64,000 nt of DNA, taken from Patescibacteria group bacterium (GTDB lineage: Bacteria; Patescibacteriota; Patescibacteriia; UBA1558; GWA2-36-10). The notes beneath the pieces are model-generated. The model saw only the letters and a program-made list of their open reading frames with translations, ran no database searches and was not told the DNA's origin. The stretch lies in the NCBI GenBank assembly GCA_041665505.1, contig JBAYIR010000001.1:83108-147107 (forward strand), in the 5' to 3' direction. Every line of letters begins with the position of its first letter. The first letter of the stretch is position 1. The translations under genes and the position numbers were made by a program. Positions 44,439 to 54,371 of this stretch are shown here, in pieces.

Positions 44439-47400
44439 TTTTATGGAAGATAGAGATATTAAAAAAGAGCCACAAGCTAAAGATCATTTTGCCCAAAAGG
44501 CCATTGCCAAAACTCGCCAGAATTTTATGGGTTATTTTGTAACTCATTTTAGAGTAGTGACTTTAGTTATAGCCGCTATTATTATTTTGGGTAGTTTTGC
44601 TTTGTTTAATATTCCCCGTGAGTCAGATCCAGAAGTCAAGATTCCTATTGCTGTGGTTAGTACTTTCTATCCAGGTGCCAGTCCCTTGGATGTGGAAAAT
44701 TTATTGACTGACGAAATAGAAAATAAATTAGAAGAATTGGATAATATAAAATTAATTACCTCTACTTCTAGAAATAGTCTTTCTTCTATAGTAGTAGAAT
44801 TTGAAGCAGAAGCGAATTTAGAAGATAGTATTCGGGAATTAAAAGATAAGGTAGGAGAGATTGCTGCTTTACCTGATGAGGCTGAAGAGCCAGTAGTTAC
44901 TCAAATCAGAGCTAATGATTATCCAGTTATTACTTTTTCTTTATCTGGTGATTTGACAGATAATCAGTTTAAGCAATTAGGAGAAATAGTACAAGATGAA
45001 TTGGAGGGAATTTCTGGAGTTTCAAAAGTACCTCTGCTAGGAGTGAGAAATAAGGAATTTTCTGTTTTGGTCAATAAAACTGCTTTGTCACGGCTCAATA
45101 TTTCTTTGTCACAAGTAGTAGGGGCTATTAGAGCTTCTAATCTGGACTTGCCTTTAGGAGATATAGATATAGACTCTTTGCATTATAATATTAGATCAAT
45201 AGGTAAATTAAATTCTATTGAAGATTTAAATAAAGTAGTCATAGCTAGTGACCAGGGGCGGGCTATCTTTTTGCAAGATATTGCTCAAGTTAGTGAACAA
45301 TTTGTTGAGAGGAAAAACATTTCTCGTATTTCTATAAATGGGGAGAAGGCTCAAGAAAATATTTCTTTACAAATTTATAAAAAAACAGGTGGAAATATTT
45401 TGGATATTGTAGACTCGGCCAAAAATAAAGTACAAGAGCTGCAAACAAAAAAAATCATACCAGCGGAAGTAAAAATAGAAATTAATAGTGATTATTCTTC
45501 TTTTATCCGTGAGGATTTAAATACTTTAGGTAGTAGTGGTATACAATCTACAGTTTTGATATTTATAGTAATGTTTATTGCCTTGAGTTTTAAGGAAGCT
45601 ATTATTGCTCTGTTTGCCATTCCAGTGACTTTATTGGTCACTATTATGGCTTTATATTTTTCCGACTATACCTTAAATAGTATGTCTTTATATGCCTTGG
45701 TGCTTTCTTTGGGCCTCTTAGTGGATACTTTTATAGTGGTGTTAGAAGGAATATTTCATAATATTAGGGAAGGGTATTCTTCTACCAAAGCTGCTCTTTT
45801 GTCGCTAGCTCATTATAGTGGACCAGTGACCTCAGGTATGTTGACTACTGTAGCGGCCTTTTTCCCAATGCTTTTAGTTAGTGGAATTTTGGGTGAATAT
45901 CTAAAGATTTTTCCTATTACTATTGGTATTACTTTGACCGCTTCTTTGTTTGTCTCTTTGATTTTAGTACCTTCATTTGCCGCTGTTTTCTTGAAAAAGG
46001 GTCAATTTGTGGGTGGCACAAAAGAGAGTATTTTGGAAAGGTATTTTACTAATCGTTTGAGAAAAGTATATAAGAAAAATATTGCTATATTTTTACGAAG
46101 TAAAAAATTGAAACTAAAATTTTCTATTGTTTTGACAATATTGTTTATCAGCTCTTTAGGACTTTTAGTTACTCAAGTTATACCAGTTCAATTATTCCCC
46201 AAAATGGATGCTGATTTTGCTTATATAGATATCAAAATGCCCATTGGTAGCAATTTAGAAAGTACTAGCCAGATACTTAGCAAGGTTGAAGAAAAACTTT
46301 ATCAGTATCCAGAAATTAAAAATTTTGTTAGTACAGTTGGCCAATCATCTAGTATGGGTTCCTTTGAGGCAGGTAGTTCCAGTGAGCACTTAGCTAGTAT
46401 TTCTATAGATTTTGTCAAGAAAGAAGACAGAGGAAAGAAAAGTTATGATATTGTTGAAGAAATTAGAGAAGACATCAAAACTATCAATGAGGGTGAAATA
46501 AGTATTGCTGAATTGTCCGGGGGACCACCTACTGGTTCGCCTATAGAAGCCAGAATTAGTGGTGAAGATCTTCAGGTCTTGGATCAAATCTCCACTAGGG
46601 TTAAAACTATTTTAGCCAATACACCTGGCGTCATCAATGTTGATAGTAATCAAGATTTATCACCAGCTGATTTGACCTTCCGTTTGAATAAAGAGACAAT
46701 AGCCAAGTCAGGCCTCACTGTCAGTGAAGTGTCAAATCTTTTGAGAACAGCTATTTTTGGAGTGACGGCTACAGAAATATCTCAAGATAATAAAGATCTT
46801 GATGTGGTAGTTAAGTTTGATAAAAATAAAATTGACTCCATAGAACAGATTAAAAATTTATCTTTGGTAAATAATTTGGGGCAAGAAGTAAAGTTGTCTT
46901 ATCTAGCTGATTTTTCTTTGGAGCCAGCTTTGGCAATTATCAATCATAGAGAATTTGAAAGGACTATTAGTATTACTGCTGATTTAGAATCTGGGTATAC
47001 AGCTGCCAAAATAGTGCCAGTAGTGGAAGCAGCTATTAAGCAAGAGGGCATAGCTCAGGGCTATACAGTCAATTTTGGTGGAGAAGTAGAGGATATTGAA
47101 CAGTCTTTTTCAGAATTATGGAGTGCTATGATAGTAGCAGTGTTGTTAATTCTGATTATTTTGGTATTGGAGTTTGATTCATTCATTAGAACTGGCATCA
47201 TATTATTTACTTTGCCACTGATGTTGATTGGTGTGGTAACTGGTATGTTGATATTTGATTTGCCATTTAGTTTTATGGTTTTCCTAGGCTTGGTATCACT
47301 AGCAGGTATTGGGGTAAATGACGCTATAGTCTTAATGGATAAAACCAAGAGAAATATTGAAGAAATGGGTATGTCATCTATTGAGGCAGTGATAGATGCT

Positions 47401-47640
47401 GGAGATACTAGATTGCAACCAATTATGCTTACTACTATTACTACTATTATTGGTGTGGTACCTTTGGCCTTTGCTAATGAATTTTGGGTAGGGCTTTCTA
47501 TTTCTATAATTTTTGGTTTGGCCTTTGCTACAGTGCTTCAACTTTTTGTGGTGCCAATGCTTTTTGTCAAATTTGAAGGGTCTAAACTTGATAAAAAAAG
47601 AGCAGAAGCAGATGAGAGTATTATTAAGTATCAAAAATAA
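44431..47640 (+). CDS. RND superfamily efflux permease (AcrB/MMPL-like)
   Basis: 1069 aa; 12 TM pattern with two large periplasmic loops; 8-nt overlap with adaptor gene. Confidence 0.85.
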   Translation: MNNFMEDRDIKKEPQAKDHFAQKAIAKTRQNFMGYFVTHFRVVTLVIAAIIILGSFALFNIPRESDPEVKIPIAVVSTFYPGASPLDVENLLTDEIENKLEELDNIKLITSTSRNSLSSIVVEFEAEANLEDSIRELKDKVGEIAALPDEAEEPVVTQIRANDYPVITFSLSGDLTDNQFKQLGEIVQDELEGISGVSKVPLLGVRNKEFSVLVNKTALSRLNISLSQVVGAIRASNLDLPLGDIDIDSLHYNIRSIGKLNSIEDLNKVVIASDQGRAIFLQDIAQVSEQFVERKNISRISINGEKAQENISLQIYKKTGGNILDIVDSAKNKVQELQTKKIIPAEVKIEINSDYSSFIREDLNTLGSSGIQSTVLIFIVMFIALSFKEAIIALFAIPVTLLVTIMALYFSDYTLNSMSLYALVLSLGLLVDTFIVVLEGIFHNIREGYSSTKAALLSLAHYSGPVTSGMLTTVAAFFPMLLVSGILGEYLKIFPITIGITLTASLFVSLILVPSFAAVFLKKGQFVGGTKESILERYFTNRLRKVYKKNIAIFLRSKKLKLKFSIVLTILFISSLGLLVTQVIPVQLFPKMDADFAYIDIKMPIGSNLESTSQILSKVEEKLYQYPEIKNFVSTVGQSSSMGSFEAGSSSEHLASISIDFVKKEDRGKKSYDIVEEIREDIKTINEGEISIAELSGGPPTGSPIEARISGEDLQVLDQISTRVKTILANTPGVINVDSNQDLSPADLTFRLNKETIAKSGLTVSEVSNLLRTAIFGVTATEISQDNKDLDVVVKFDKNKIDSIEQIKNLSLVNNLGQEVKLSYLADFSLEPALAIINHREFERTISITADLESGYTAAKIVPVVEAAIKQEGIAQGYTVNFGGEVEDIEQSFSELWSAMIVAVLLILIILVLEFDSFIRTGIILFTLPLMLIGVVTGMLIFDLPFSFMVFLGLVSLAGIGVNDAIVLMDKTKRNIEEMGMSSIEAVIDAGDTRLQPIMLTTITTIIGVVPLAFANEFWVGLSISIIFGLAFATVLQLFVVPMLFVKFEGSKLDKKRAEADESIIKYQK

Positions 47641-47818
47641 GCTCAATAATTTTCTTTCTAGATAAATAAATGGGATTAAATAAAAAGCATTAGCTAGAGC
47701 TAAGGCTTTTTATTTTGTTAAATAGCTTTTATTAGGACATTTATACTTTATTTAGTCAAATTTGAGCTTGTAAAATTTGATTATTTTAGTTATTATTTAA
47801 ACTAGTTAATATATAATT

Positions 47819-49108
47819 ATGGAAAATATTTTTATTAAAGATTTAAAGGATTTTGTTGATCAGGAAGTAGTCATCAAAGGCTGGGTGGCTAATTTCCGTT
47901 CTTCTGGCAAAATTGCTTTTTGGCAAATTAGAGATGGCAGTGGCTTTGTCCAAGCTATTTTGAATTCCAATGATTTATCAGAGACTCAGTGGTCAGAGGC
48001 TCAAAAAGTGACTTTGGAGACTTCTGTTAAATTAATAGCTAAGGTAGCCAAACATCCAAAAAAAGACGAGTATGAATTACAGGTAAAGGATTTTAGTTAT
48101 TATCAAATTTCCGATGAATATCCCATTGGTAAAAAAGATCATGGTGTAGATTTTTTGATGGATAATAGACATTTGTGGCTTAGATCTACTAAGCAAATTG
48201 CTATTCAGAAAATTAGAAATACACTTATCCAAGCCAACTATGATTATATGGCCAAAAATTCCTTTACCAAGATTGATGCACCAATTTTGACACCCAATGC
48301 TTGTGAAGGCACTACAGAATTATTTGAAATAAATTATTTTGACGAAAAGGCTTATTTATCACAAAGCGGACAATTATATATAGAGTCGGCTATTTTTGCT
48401 CACAACAGAGTCTTTGATTTTGGTCCAGTTTTCCGCGCTGAAAAATCAAAAACGCGTCGTCATTTGACTGAGTTTTGGATGATGGATGCTGAAATGGCTT
48501 TTGTGGACCTTCAAGAAAATATGGCTATTCAAGAAGCATTAATCCGTCATATGGTCACAGTTGTTTTGGAAAAAAATCAAACAGAGCTGGCAGTTTTAGA
48601 AAGAGATATAAAACCTCTTGAAAATATTATCAAGCCATTTCATAAAATTACACATACAGAGGCTGTTAAAATGCTGCAAGAGATGGGTAGTGATATCAAA
48701 GAGGGGGATGATTTGGGAGCAGATGATGAGACAATACTAACCAAAAAATTTGATAATCCATTGTTTGTTACTCATTATCCAGCCAAGATTAAAGCTTTTT
48801 ATATGAAGCGTAATGCTACTGATCAGTCATTGGCTGAATGTAGTGATTTATTAGCCCCAGAGGGTTATGGAGAAATTATTGGTGGTTCACAACGTGAAGA
48901 TGATTATGATATTTTATTAGAGCGTATTAAAGAGCAAAAATTACCAGTTGATGAGTTTCAGTGGTATTTAGATCTCAGAAAATATGGCAGTGTACCTCAT
49001 GGTGGTTTTGGTTTTGGATTGGAGAGAATAGTAGCCTGGGTTTGTGGTATTAGCCATGTCAGAGAAACCATTCCCTTTCCTAGAACAATTAATAGATTAA
49101 AACCTTAA
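47819..49108 (+). CDS. asnS: asparaginyl-tRNA synthetase
   Basis: 429 aa class IIb aaRS; OB-fold N-terminus, motif 2 FRAEKSKTRRHLTEFWMMDAE, EIIGGSQRE motif typical of AsnRS. Confidence 0.75.
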   Translation: MENIFIKDLKDFVDQEVVIKGWVANFRSSGKIAFWQIRDGSGFVQAILNSNDLSETQWSEAQKVTLETSVKLIAKVAKHPKKDEYELQVKDFSYYQISDEYPIGKKDHGVDFLMDNRHLWLRSTKQIAIQKIRNTLIQANYDYMAKNSFTKIDAPILTPNACEGTTELFEINYFDEKAYLSQSGQLYIESAIFAHNRVFDFGPVFRAEKSKTRRHLTEFWMMDAEMAFVDLQENMAIQEALIRHMVTVVLEKNQTELAVLERDIKPLENIIKPFHKITHTEAVKMLQEMGSDIKEGDDLGADDETILTKKFDNPLFVTHYPAKIKAFYMKRNATDQSLAECSDLLAPEGYGEIIGGSQREDDYDILLERIKEQKLPVDEFQWYLDLRKYGSVPHGGFGFGLERIVAWVCGISHVRETIPFPRTINRLKP

Positions 49109-49118
49109 TTATAAAAAT

Positions 49119-49325
49119 ATGGCATTTGATCCAGAACATCCTCGTACTGAGGATAGGGCATTTCATCCCGAACAAGCTAGTTTAAATAGAATTACTACAG
49201 ATTTAGCCAGAGTAGAATCTCGCGATGATTTTGAGTTTCCAGATGATAACGCTAGAGAGACTTTTGTGAGGTCATTGGAAGTAGCAAAAGATCAGATTGA
49301 AAGAATTAGAGAAAAGATTGGTTAA
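49119..49325 (+). CDS. small hypothetical acidic protein (68 aa)
   Basis: ORF 10 nt after asnS stop, no SD, native-like composition; coding status uncertain. Confidence 0.25.
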   Translation: MAFDPEHPRTEDRAFHPEQASLNRITTDLARVESRDDFEFPDDNARETFVRSLEVAKDQIERIREKIG

Positions 49326-49366
49326 TTGTTGATTGGTAGATCAATAGGCAGGCAGGGAGCAGCTTG

Positions 49367-49442
49367 GCCGGAATAGCTCAATTGGTAGAGCAGTGGCATC
49401 GTAAGTCATTGGTTGGGGGTTCAAGTCCTCTTTCCGGCTCCA
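49367..49442 (+). tRNA. tRNA-Thr (anticodon CGT), CCA encoded
   Basis: GCCGGAATAGCTCAATTGGTAGAGCAGTGGCATCGTAAGTCATTGGTTGGGGGTTCAAGTCCTCTTTCCGGCTCCA; anticodon loop ATCGTAA; stems include G.U pairs. Confidence 0.7.
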
Positions 49443-49453
49443 TAAATTAAAAT

Positions 49454-50113
49454 ATGAAATTACTTCTTACATCAAATGGTCTTTGTAACGAAACGATTGC
49501 AGCTAGGTTTGTAGAAATGATTGGCAAGCCAATAAGTGAAGCAATAATTGCTTTTATACCAACAGCTGTAAATGTTACAAGCAGTAATAAAAGTTGGTTT
49601 GTTAATGATCTAGTTAATATAGAAAAATTAAAACCAAAAATGTTGGATATAGTTGATATTTCTGCTTTACCTCAAGAGCTATGGCAAGCACGTTTGGAAG
49701 CTGCTGATGTATTATTTTTTTCTGGCGGTAACTCTTTTTACTTGATGTATCACATTAGAAAATCAGGTTTAGATAAATTATTGCCAAAATTACTTGAAAC
49801 TAGATTATATACAGGAATTAGTGCCGGGAGTATTGTTGCTACCAAATCTTTGGCATTAACCAGTGAGTATAATAGAGCTTTTGCTAAGCAATATAATGAA
49901 TATGCAGGAGAAGAGGGTTTAGCGTTAGTAGATTTTCATATTATACCGCATCTGAATTCATCTAAATTTCCAGATGCGTGTGATGAAAAGATTAAAGAAG
50001 TAGCTAAAGATATTCTAGGACCAATTTATGCTCTAGATAATGAAAGCGCCATTTCTATAATTGATGGGCAGCTAGATATAGTATCTGAAGGAAAATGGAA
50101 AAAATATAATTAA
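49454..50113 (+). CDS. peptidase E / S51-family dipeptidase
   Basis: 219 aa; LFFSGGNSFYLMY and GISAGSIVA (Ser nucleophile) motifs of peptidase S51. Confidence 0.65.
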   Translation: MKLLLTSNGLCNETIAARFVEMIGKPISEAIIAFIPTAVNVTSSNKSWFVNDLVNIEKLKPKMLDIVDISALPQELWQARLEAADVLFFSGGNSFYLMYHIRKSGLDKLLPKLLETRLYTGISAGSIVATKSLALTSEYNRAFAKQYNEYAGEEGLALVDFHIIPHLNSSKFPDACDEKIKEVAKDILGPIYALDNESAISIIDGQLDIVSEGKWKKYN

Positions 50114-50149
50114 CAAGATATTCAAATAAATTTAGTATAATAAAGCTAT

Positions 50150-51565
50150 ATGACAAGAATAAAAACAATAGAAACAGTAAATAAAGTAGGTGAAACAGTT
50201 TTGGTCAAAGGCTGGGTCAATGTCCGTAGAAATATGGGTAAAATTGCTTTCTTGGATTTACGTGACCGTTTTGGCATACTGCAAGTAGTGGCTGTACCAG
50301 CTGAGCTGGATGAAGCATCACAGGCTTTATTAAATACTATCCGTCCAGAGTTTGTCTTGGCTATAGAAGGTCTAGTCCAAGCTCGGGGGGCTAAACAAAT
50401 CAATAATGACTTAGCTACCGGCACAGTTGAACTTTTGGCCAAAAAAATACAGATATTATCTGAGGCTGAAACACCACCATTTGAAATAGATAATGAAGAA
50501 CGGCAAGCCAATGAAGAATTGCGTTTGAAATATAGATACCTTGATCTTCGCCATGAGCGCATGAAAAATAATATTGTGGCTCGTGATAAAGTGATTATGT
50601 TTTTTAGAGAGTGGTTGCATAAAAATGATTTTATAGAAGTGCAGACTCCAATTCTTTCCAAATCTACCCCTGAGGGAGCTAGAGATTATCTAGTGCCCTC
50701 ACGTCTTCATCCGGGACAGTTTTTTGCTCTGCCACAAGCTCCACAGCAATACAAACAGCTACTGATGGTAGCTGGCCTTGATCGTTATTTTCAAGTGGCT
50801 CCTTGTTTTAGAGACGAGGATGCTAGAGCTGATAGAAGTCCAGGAGAATTTTATCAATTGGATATGGAAATGAGCTTCATGACTCAAGAAGAGATTCTTG
50901 TTTTGGTAGAAACAATGTTTACAGAAATGGTAGAAACTCTATTCCCAGAGAAAAAAATTACGAAAAAGCCTTGGCCAAGAATTGATCATGATGAAGCTAT
51001 AGCCAAATACGGCAGTGATAAGCCTGATTTGAGAGAAAACAAAAATGATCCCAATGAATTAGCTTTTGCTTGGATAATTAATTTTCCATTATTTGCCAAA
51101 CAAACTGATGAAGATAGATTTATTGGTGCTGGCGACACTTGGGGACCAAGTCACAATATGTTTACTGCTCCCAAAGAAGAAGATGTACCATTACTAGATA
51201 GTGATCCAGGCAAAGTCAGAGCCTACCAACATGATTTGGCTTTAAATGGTTTTGAAGTAGGAGGAGGAGCTATTCGTATTCATGACATGAAAATTCAAGA
51301 AAAAGTTTGGAATTTAATTGGCTTTTCTGATGAGCAGAAAAAACAGTTTAAGCATTATTTTGAAGCTTTCAAATATGGTGTACCACCTCATGGCGGTATT
51401 GCTCCAGGCTTAGACAGACTAATGATGGTTTTGTTGGGAGAAAAAAATCTCAAGGAAGTGACTGCTTTTCCTTTGACTTCTGATGGTAGAGATCCAATGA
51501 TGGAATCTCCAGCTAATGTTAGCCAAGAACAGCTGGATGAATTACATCTGTCTATTAAGAAATAA
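50150..51565 (+). CDS. aspS: aspartyl-tRNA synthetase (short, archaeal/eukaryal-type length)
   Basis: 471 aa class IIb; FRDEDARADRSPGEFYQLDMEMSF motif 2, GGGAIRIHD motif 3. Confidence 0.8.
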   Translation: MTRIKTIETVNKVGETVLVKGWVNVRRNMGKIAFLDLRDRFGILQVVAVPAELDEASQALLNTIRPEFVLAIEGLVQARGAKQINNDLATGTVELLAKKIQILSEAETPPFEIDNEERQANEELRLKYRYLDLRHERMKNNIVARDKVIMFFREWLHKNDFIEVQTPILSKSTPEGARDYLVPSRLHPGQFFALPQAPQQYKQLLMVAGLDRYFQVAPCFRDEDARADRSPGEFYQLDMEMSFMTQEEILVLVETMFTEMVETLFPEKKITKKPWPRIDHDEAIAKYGSDKPDLRENKNDPNELAFAWIINFPLFAKQTDEDRFIGAGDTWGPSHNMFTAPKEEDVPLLDSDPGKVRAYQHDLALNGFEVGGGAIRIHDMKIQEKVWNLIGFSDEQKKQFKHYFEAFKYGVPPHGGIAPGLDRLMMVLLGEKNLKEVTAFPLTSDGRDPMMESPANVSQEQLDELHLSIKK

Positions 51566-51582
51566 TATATTTAAGTATTTTA

Positions 51583-51617
51583 AAACACTCTGGGCACAAG
51601 CTCAGGGTGTTTTTTTG
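51583..51617 (+). terminator. terminator after aspS
   Basis: acactctgggcacaagctcagggtgt hairpin followed by T7. Confidence 0.5.
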
Positions 51618-51649
51618 ACCGGCCTTTTTGTTTGTAGTATAATAAAATA

Positions 51650-51806
51650 AATATAAAGTTCTTCCAGCTATTCACGTCTTGATAAACATCATTTATCATG
51701 ATGGCGTGGAAACCGTCAGCCCAAATGCGCCTCAGGTGTCTCCTAGCGCTTGCGCGCTGACGGAATAGGGGGCCGGCGTTCGTCGGCCCCCGTCCTTTTT
51801 TACTGC
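51650..51806 (+). ncRNA. candidate GC-rich small RNA with own promoter (TTGACC-17-TATAAT at 51615-51643) and strong intrinsic terminator
   Basis: Long-range pairing ccgtcagc(51712-51719)/gctgacgg(51758-51765) encloses gcgc-rich hairpins; terminator gggggccg-gcgttcgt-cggccccc plus T6 at 51769-51805. Only a 20-aa SD-less ORF inside. Confidence 0.35.
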
Positions 51807-51898
51807 TAAATACGTTTTTTATATTGGGCAAAATGAATTGAAAAAAAAGACTTTAAATGCTATAATAAAAACGCGTTTTTTATTACTTTATTCTATAA

Positions 51899-52603
51899 AT
51901 GCATCAAATCCAATTGGAACAATTTGAAGGTCCGCTGGATCTTTTACTTAAATTGATAGAAAAAAATCAGTTACAAGTCACAGAAATTTCTTTGGCCAAA
52001 ATTACTGATCAATATCTATCATACATAGAACAAGGCGAAAATATTGCTTCCACCGAGATAGCTGATTTTTTATTGATAGCTTCCAAGCTTATTTATCTAA
52101 AATCAAAATATTTATTGCCAGATTTTGATATTGAAGATGAAGAAGATGCTGCTTCTTTGGAAAATCAGTTAAAAATATACAGGCAATATTATGAAGCTAG
52201 CAAATTATTAGCCAAGCAATTTGGTGATTTTAATAAATTTTCATACCCTCGTATTACTCCTTATAAATTACCTAGTGAAAAAGGTTTTGCACCAGCTGAT
52301 AATGTGAATAAAGATATTATGAGAGAGTTATTTGCCAATGTAATTTCCAAAATAGAGAGAATAGTCAGTTTGCCAAAGATGATTATGACGCGAGCAGTTT
52401 CTATTAGTGAAAAAATTAGAGATTTGCAGGAGATTATAAAAATTCATAGTAAAATAAGTTTTAATAAAATGTTTAGGAGACAAGATAAGATTGAAACAGT
52501 GGTCAATTTTTTGGCCATGTTGGAACTCATCAAGCGTAAAGAAATAGATGTAGAGCAGGATATTTTATTTGGCGACCTAAATATATTAAGAAATCAAAAA
52601 TAA
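51899..52603 (+). CDS. scpA: segregation and condensation protein A
   Basis: 234 aa; LEQFEGPLDLLLKLIEKNQLQVTEISLAKITDQYL typical ScpA N-terminus. Confidence 0.85.
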   Translation: MHQIQLEQFEGPLDLLLKLIEKNQLQVTEISLAKITDQYLSYIEQGENIASTEIADFLLIASKLIYLKSKYLLPDFDIEDEEDAASLENQLKIYRQYYEASKLLAKQFGDFNKFSYPRITPYKLPSEKGFAPADNVNKDIMRELFANVISKIERIVSLPKMIMTRAVSISEKIRDLQEIIKIHSKISFNKMFRRQDKIETVVNFLAMLELIKRKEIDVEQDILFGDLNILRNQK

Positions 52604-52604
52604 T

Positions 52605-53165
52605 ATGCTAAAAAATAGTTTATCAATCTTAGAGTCTCTACTTTTAGCTTCGGGCAAAGCGTTGACTTACAAAGAAGCTAGTAAATTATTGGAGTGTCAA
52701 GAAGATGATATCAAAAAAATATTGCCACAGCTAGAAGAAAAATTTAATAAAGCAGACAGTGGTATTCATATTTTAGTTAATAATCAAAAAATACAATTTG
52801 TTTCTAATCCGGATAATATCCAAGTGTTAAAAAATTATTTTCAAGATGAGCTAAGCGGTGATCTTAGTAAGCCATCTTTGGAGACTTTGACTATTATTGC
52901 TTATCGTCAGCCAGTCAGCAAAGAAGAATTAGAACAAATCAGAGGCGTCAATTGTTCCATGATCATACGCAATTTATTGATTAGAGGCCTGATAGAAGAG
53001 AGTACGGAGAAAGACAGTCTAACTACCAATTATTCAATTACTATGGATTTTTTAAGGCATATGGGTTTGTCTTCAGTCAAAGAATTACCAGATTATGATA
53101 AGTTAAATAGCGATGAAAATTTAGCCAAACTTTTAGAAACTACTGGTCATGAAGAAAACAAGTAA
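52605..53165 (+). CDS. scpB: segregation and condensation protein B
   Basis: 186 aa; two winged-helix repeats, IAYRQPVSKEELEQIRGV motif. Confidence 0.8.
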   Translation: MLKNSLSILESLLLASGKALTYKEASKLLECQEDDIKKILPQLEEKFNKADSGIHILVNNQKIQFVSNPDNIQVLKNYFQDELSGDLSKPSLETLTIIAYRQPVSKEELEQIRGVNCSMIIRNLLIRGLIEESTEKDSLTTNYSITMDFLRHMGLSSVKELPDYDKLNSDENLAKLLETTGHEENK

Positions 53166-53847
53166 AAATACTATACGGCTAGCCAAATTTTTGGCTGAAG
53201 CTGGCTTGGCTTCACGACGTAAGTCAGAGGAGCTTATTAGAGCTGGCAGAGTTAAAATAGCTGGTGTAGTTACTGATGATGTAGCTACCAATGTCTTGGC
53301 TAGTCAATCTGATATTTCAGTAGATAATAAAAAAGTAATATTAGAGGAAAAAGTTTATTATTTGTTGAATAAACCAGAGGGCTATATCTGTTCTGTTAGT
53401 GATCCACATAATGATAAATCAGTCATTGATTTGGTACCCAAGCATCCGAGAGTAGTACCAGTAGGCAGATTAGATAAAGATTCAGCAGGTTTGCTTTTAC
53501 TGACTAATGATGGGGAATTAATTTATCAATTGACTCATCCAAAATTTGAGATAAGTAAAACTTACGTGGCGACAGTCAATCAGGAATTGGATAGAGGCAT
53601 TGTGGATATATTGAAAAAGGGTGTTCTCTTGCCAGAGGGTTTAGCTCGAGCTGACAAGATAAGAATCTTGGACAAAAATAAATTGGAAATAGTAATTCAC
53701 CAAGGTTGGAATAGACAAATTAGGCGCATGATAGGATCAGAGGGTTTACGAGTGACAGAATTAGTCAGACTAGCTGAAGGTAAATTAAAATTAGGTGATT
53801 TAGCCAGTGGTAATTATAGACAGTTAAGACGAGAGGAAATTTTATGA
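53149..53847 (+). CDS. rluB: pseudouridine synthase, RsuA/RluB family
   Basis: 232 aa; S4 domain (LAKFLAEAGLASRRKSEELI), catalytic VGRLDKDSAGLLLLTNDG. Confidence 0.8.
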   Translation: MKKTSKNTIRLAKFLAEAGLASRRKSEELIRAGRVKIAGVVTDDVATNVLASQSDISVDNKKVILEEKVYYLLNKPEGYICSVSDPHNDKSVIDLVPKHPRVVPVGRLDKDSAGLLLLTNDGELIYQLTHPKFEISKTYVATVNQELDRGIVDILKKGVLLPEGLARADKIRILDKNKLEIVIHQGWNRQIRRMIGSEGLRVTELVRLAEGKLKLGDLASGNYRQLRREEIL

Positions 53848-54371
53848 AACTTTTAGTCACTATCAAAGATAAAGATATTCGTCCAGATTATATATTACCA
53901 AAGGAGCTAAATTATAATCCAAGAATTTCTCCGCGAGCGGTTCTATTTGATGAAGATAACAAAATAGCTTTATTACATGTTAGTAAACATCATTATTATA
54001 AATTACCAGGCGGTGGAGCTGAAAAAGAGGAGGATATTAAAAGTGCTTTAGCTAGAGAATGCTTAGAAGAAACTGGTTGTGAGATTAAAATAATAGGTGA
54101 AATTGGTCAAACTATAGAGTATAGAGCCGGCTGGCAAACACTTCAGACTTCTTATAATTTTCTAGCTAAAGTTGAGGGGAAAAAGGGTCAGACAAATTTT
54201 GAAGGTGACGAAATCGATTATGGTTTTAAACTTATCTGGGTAGATCTTGAGCAGGCTTTAGAGCTAATAAAAAATTCTAGACCAAATGATGATACATACG
54301 ATGGCAAATTTATTGTTAAGAGAGATAGAATTATTTTGGAAGAAGCAAAAAATATAATGGATAATTTATGA
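53844..54371 (+). CDS. NUDIX hydrolase
   Basis: 175 aa; Nudix box GGGAEKEEDIKSALARECLEETG. Confidence 0.75.
   Translation: MKLLVTIKDKDIRPDYILPKELNYNPRISPRAVLFDEDNKIALLHVSKHHYYKLPGGGAEKEEDIKSALARECLEETGCEIKIIGEIGQTIEYRAGWQTLQTSYNFLAKVEGKKGQTNFEGDEIDYGFKLIWVDLEQALELIKNSRPNDDTYDGKFIVKRDRIILEEAKNIMDNL

Noticed and set aside
51580-51831. 83-aa minus-strand ORF across the candidate sRNA / aspS-scpA gap
   Set aside because: Spans a promoter and two terminators, Arg-rich, no SD; the GC-rich hairpins explain the open frame.
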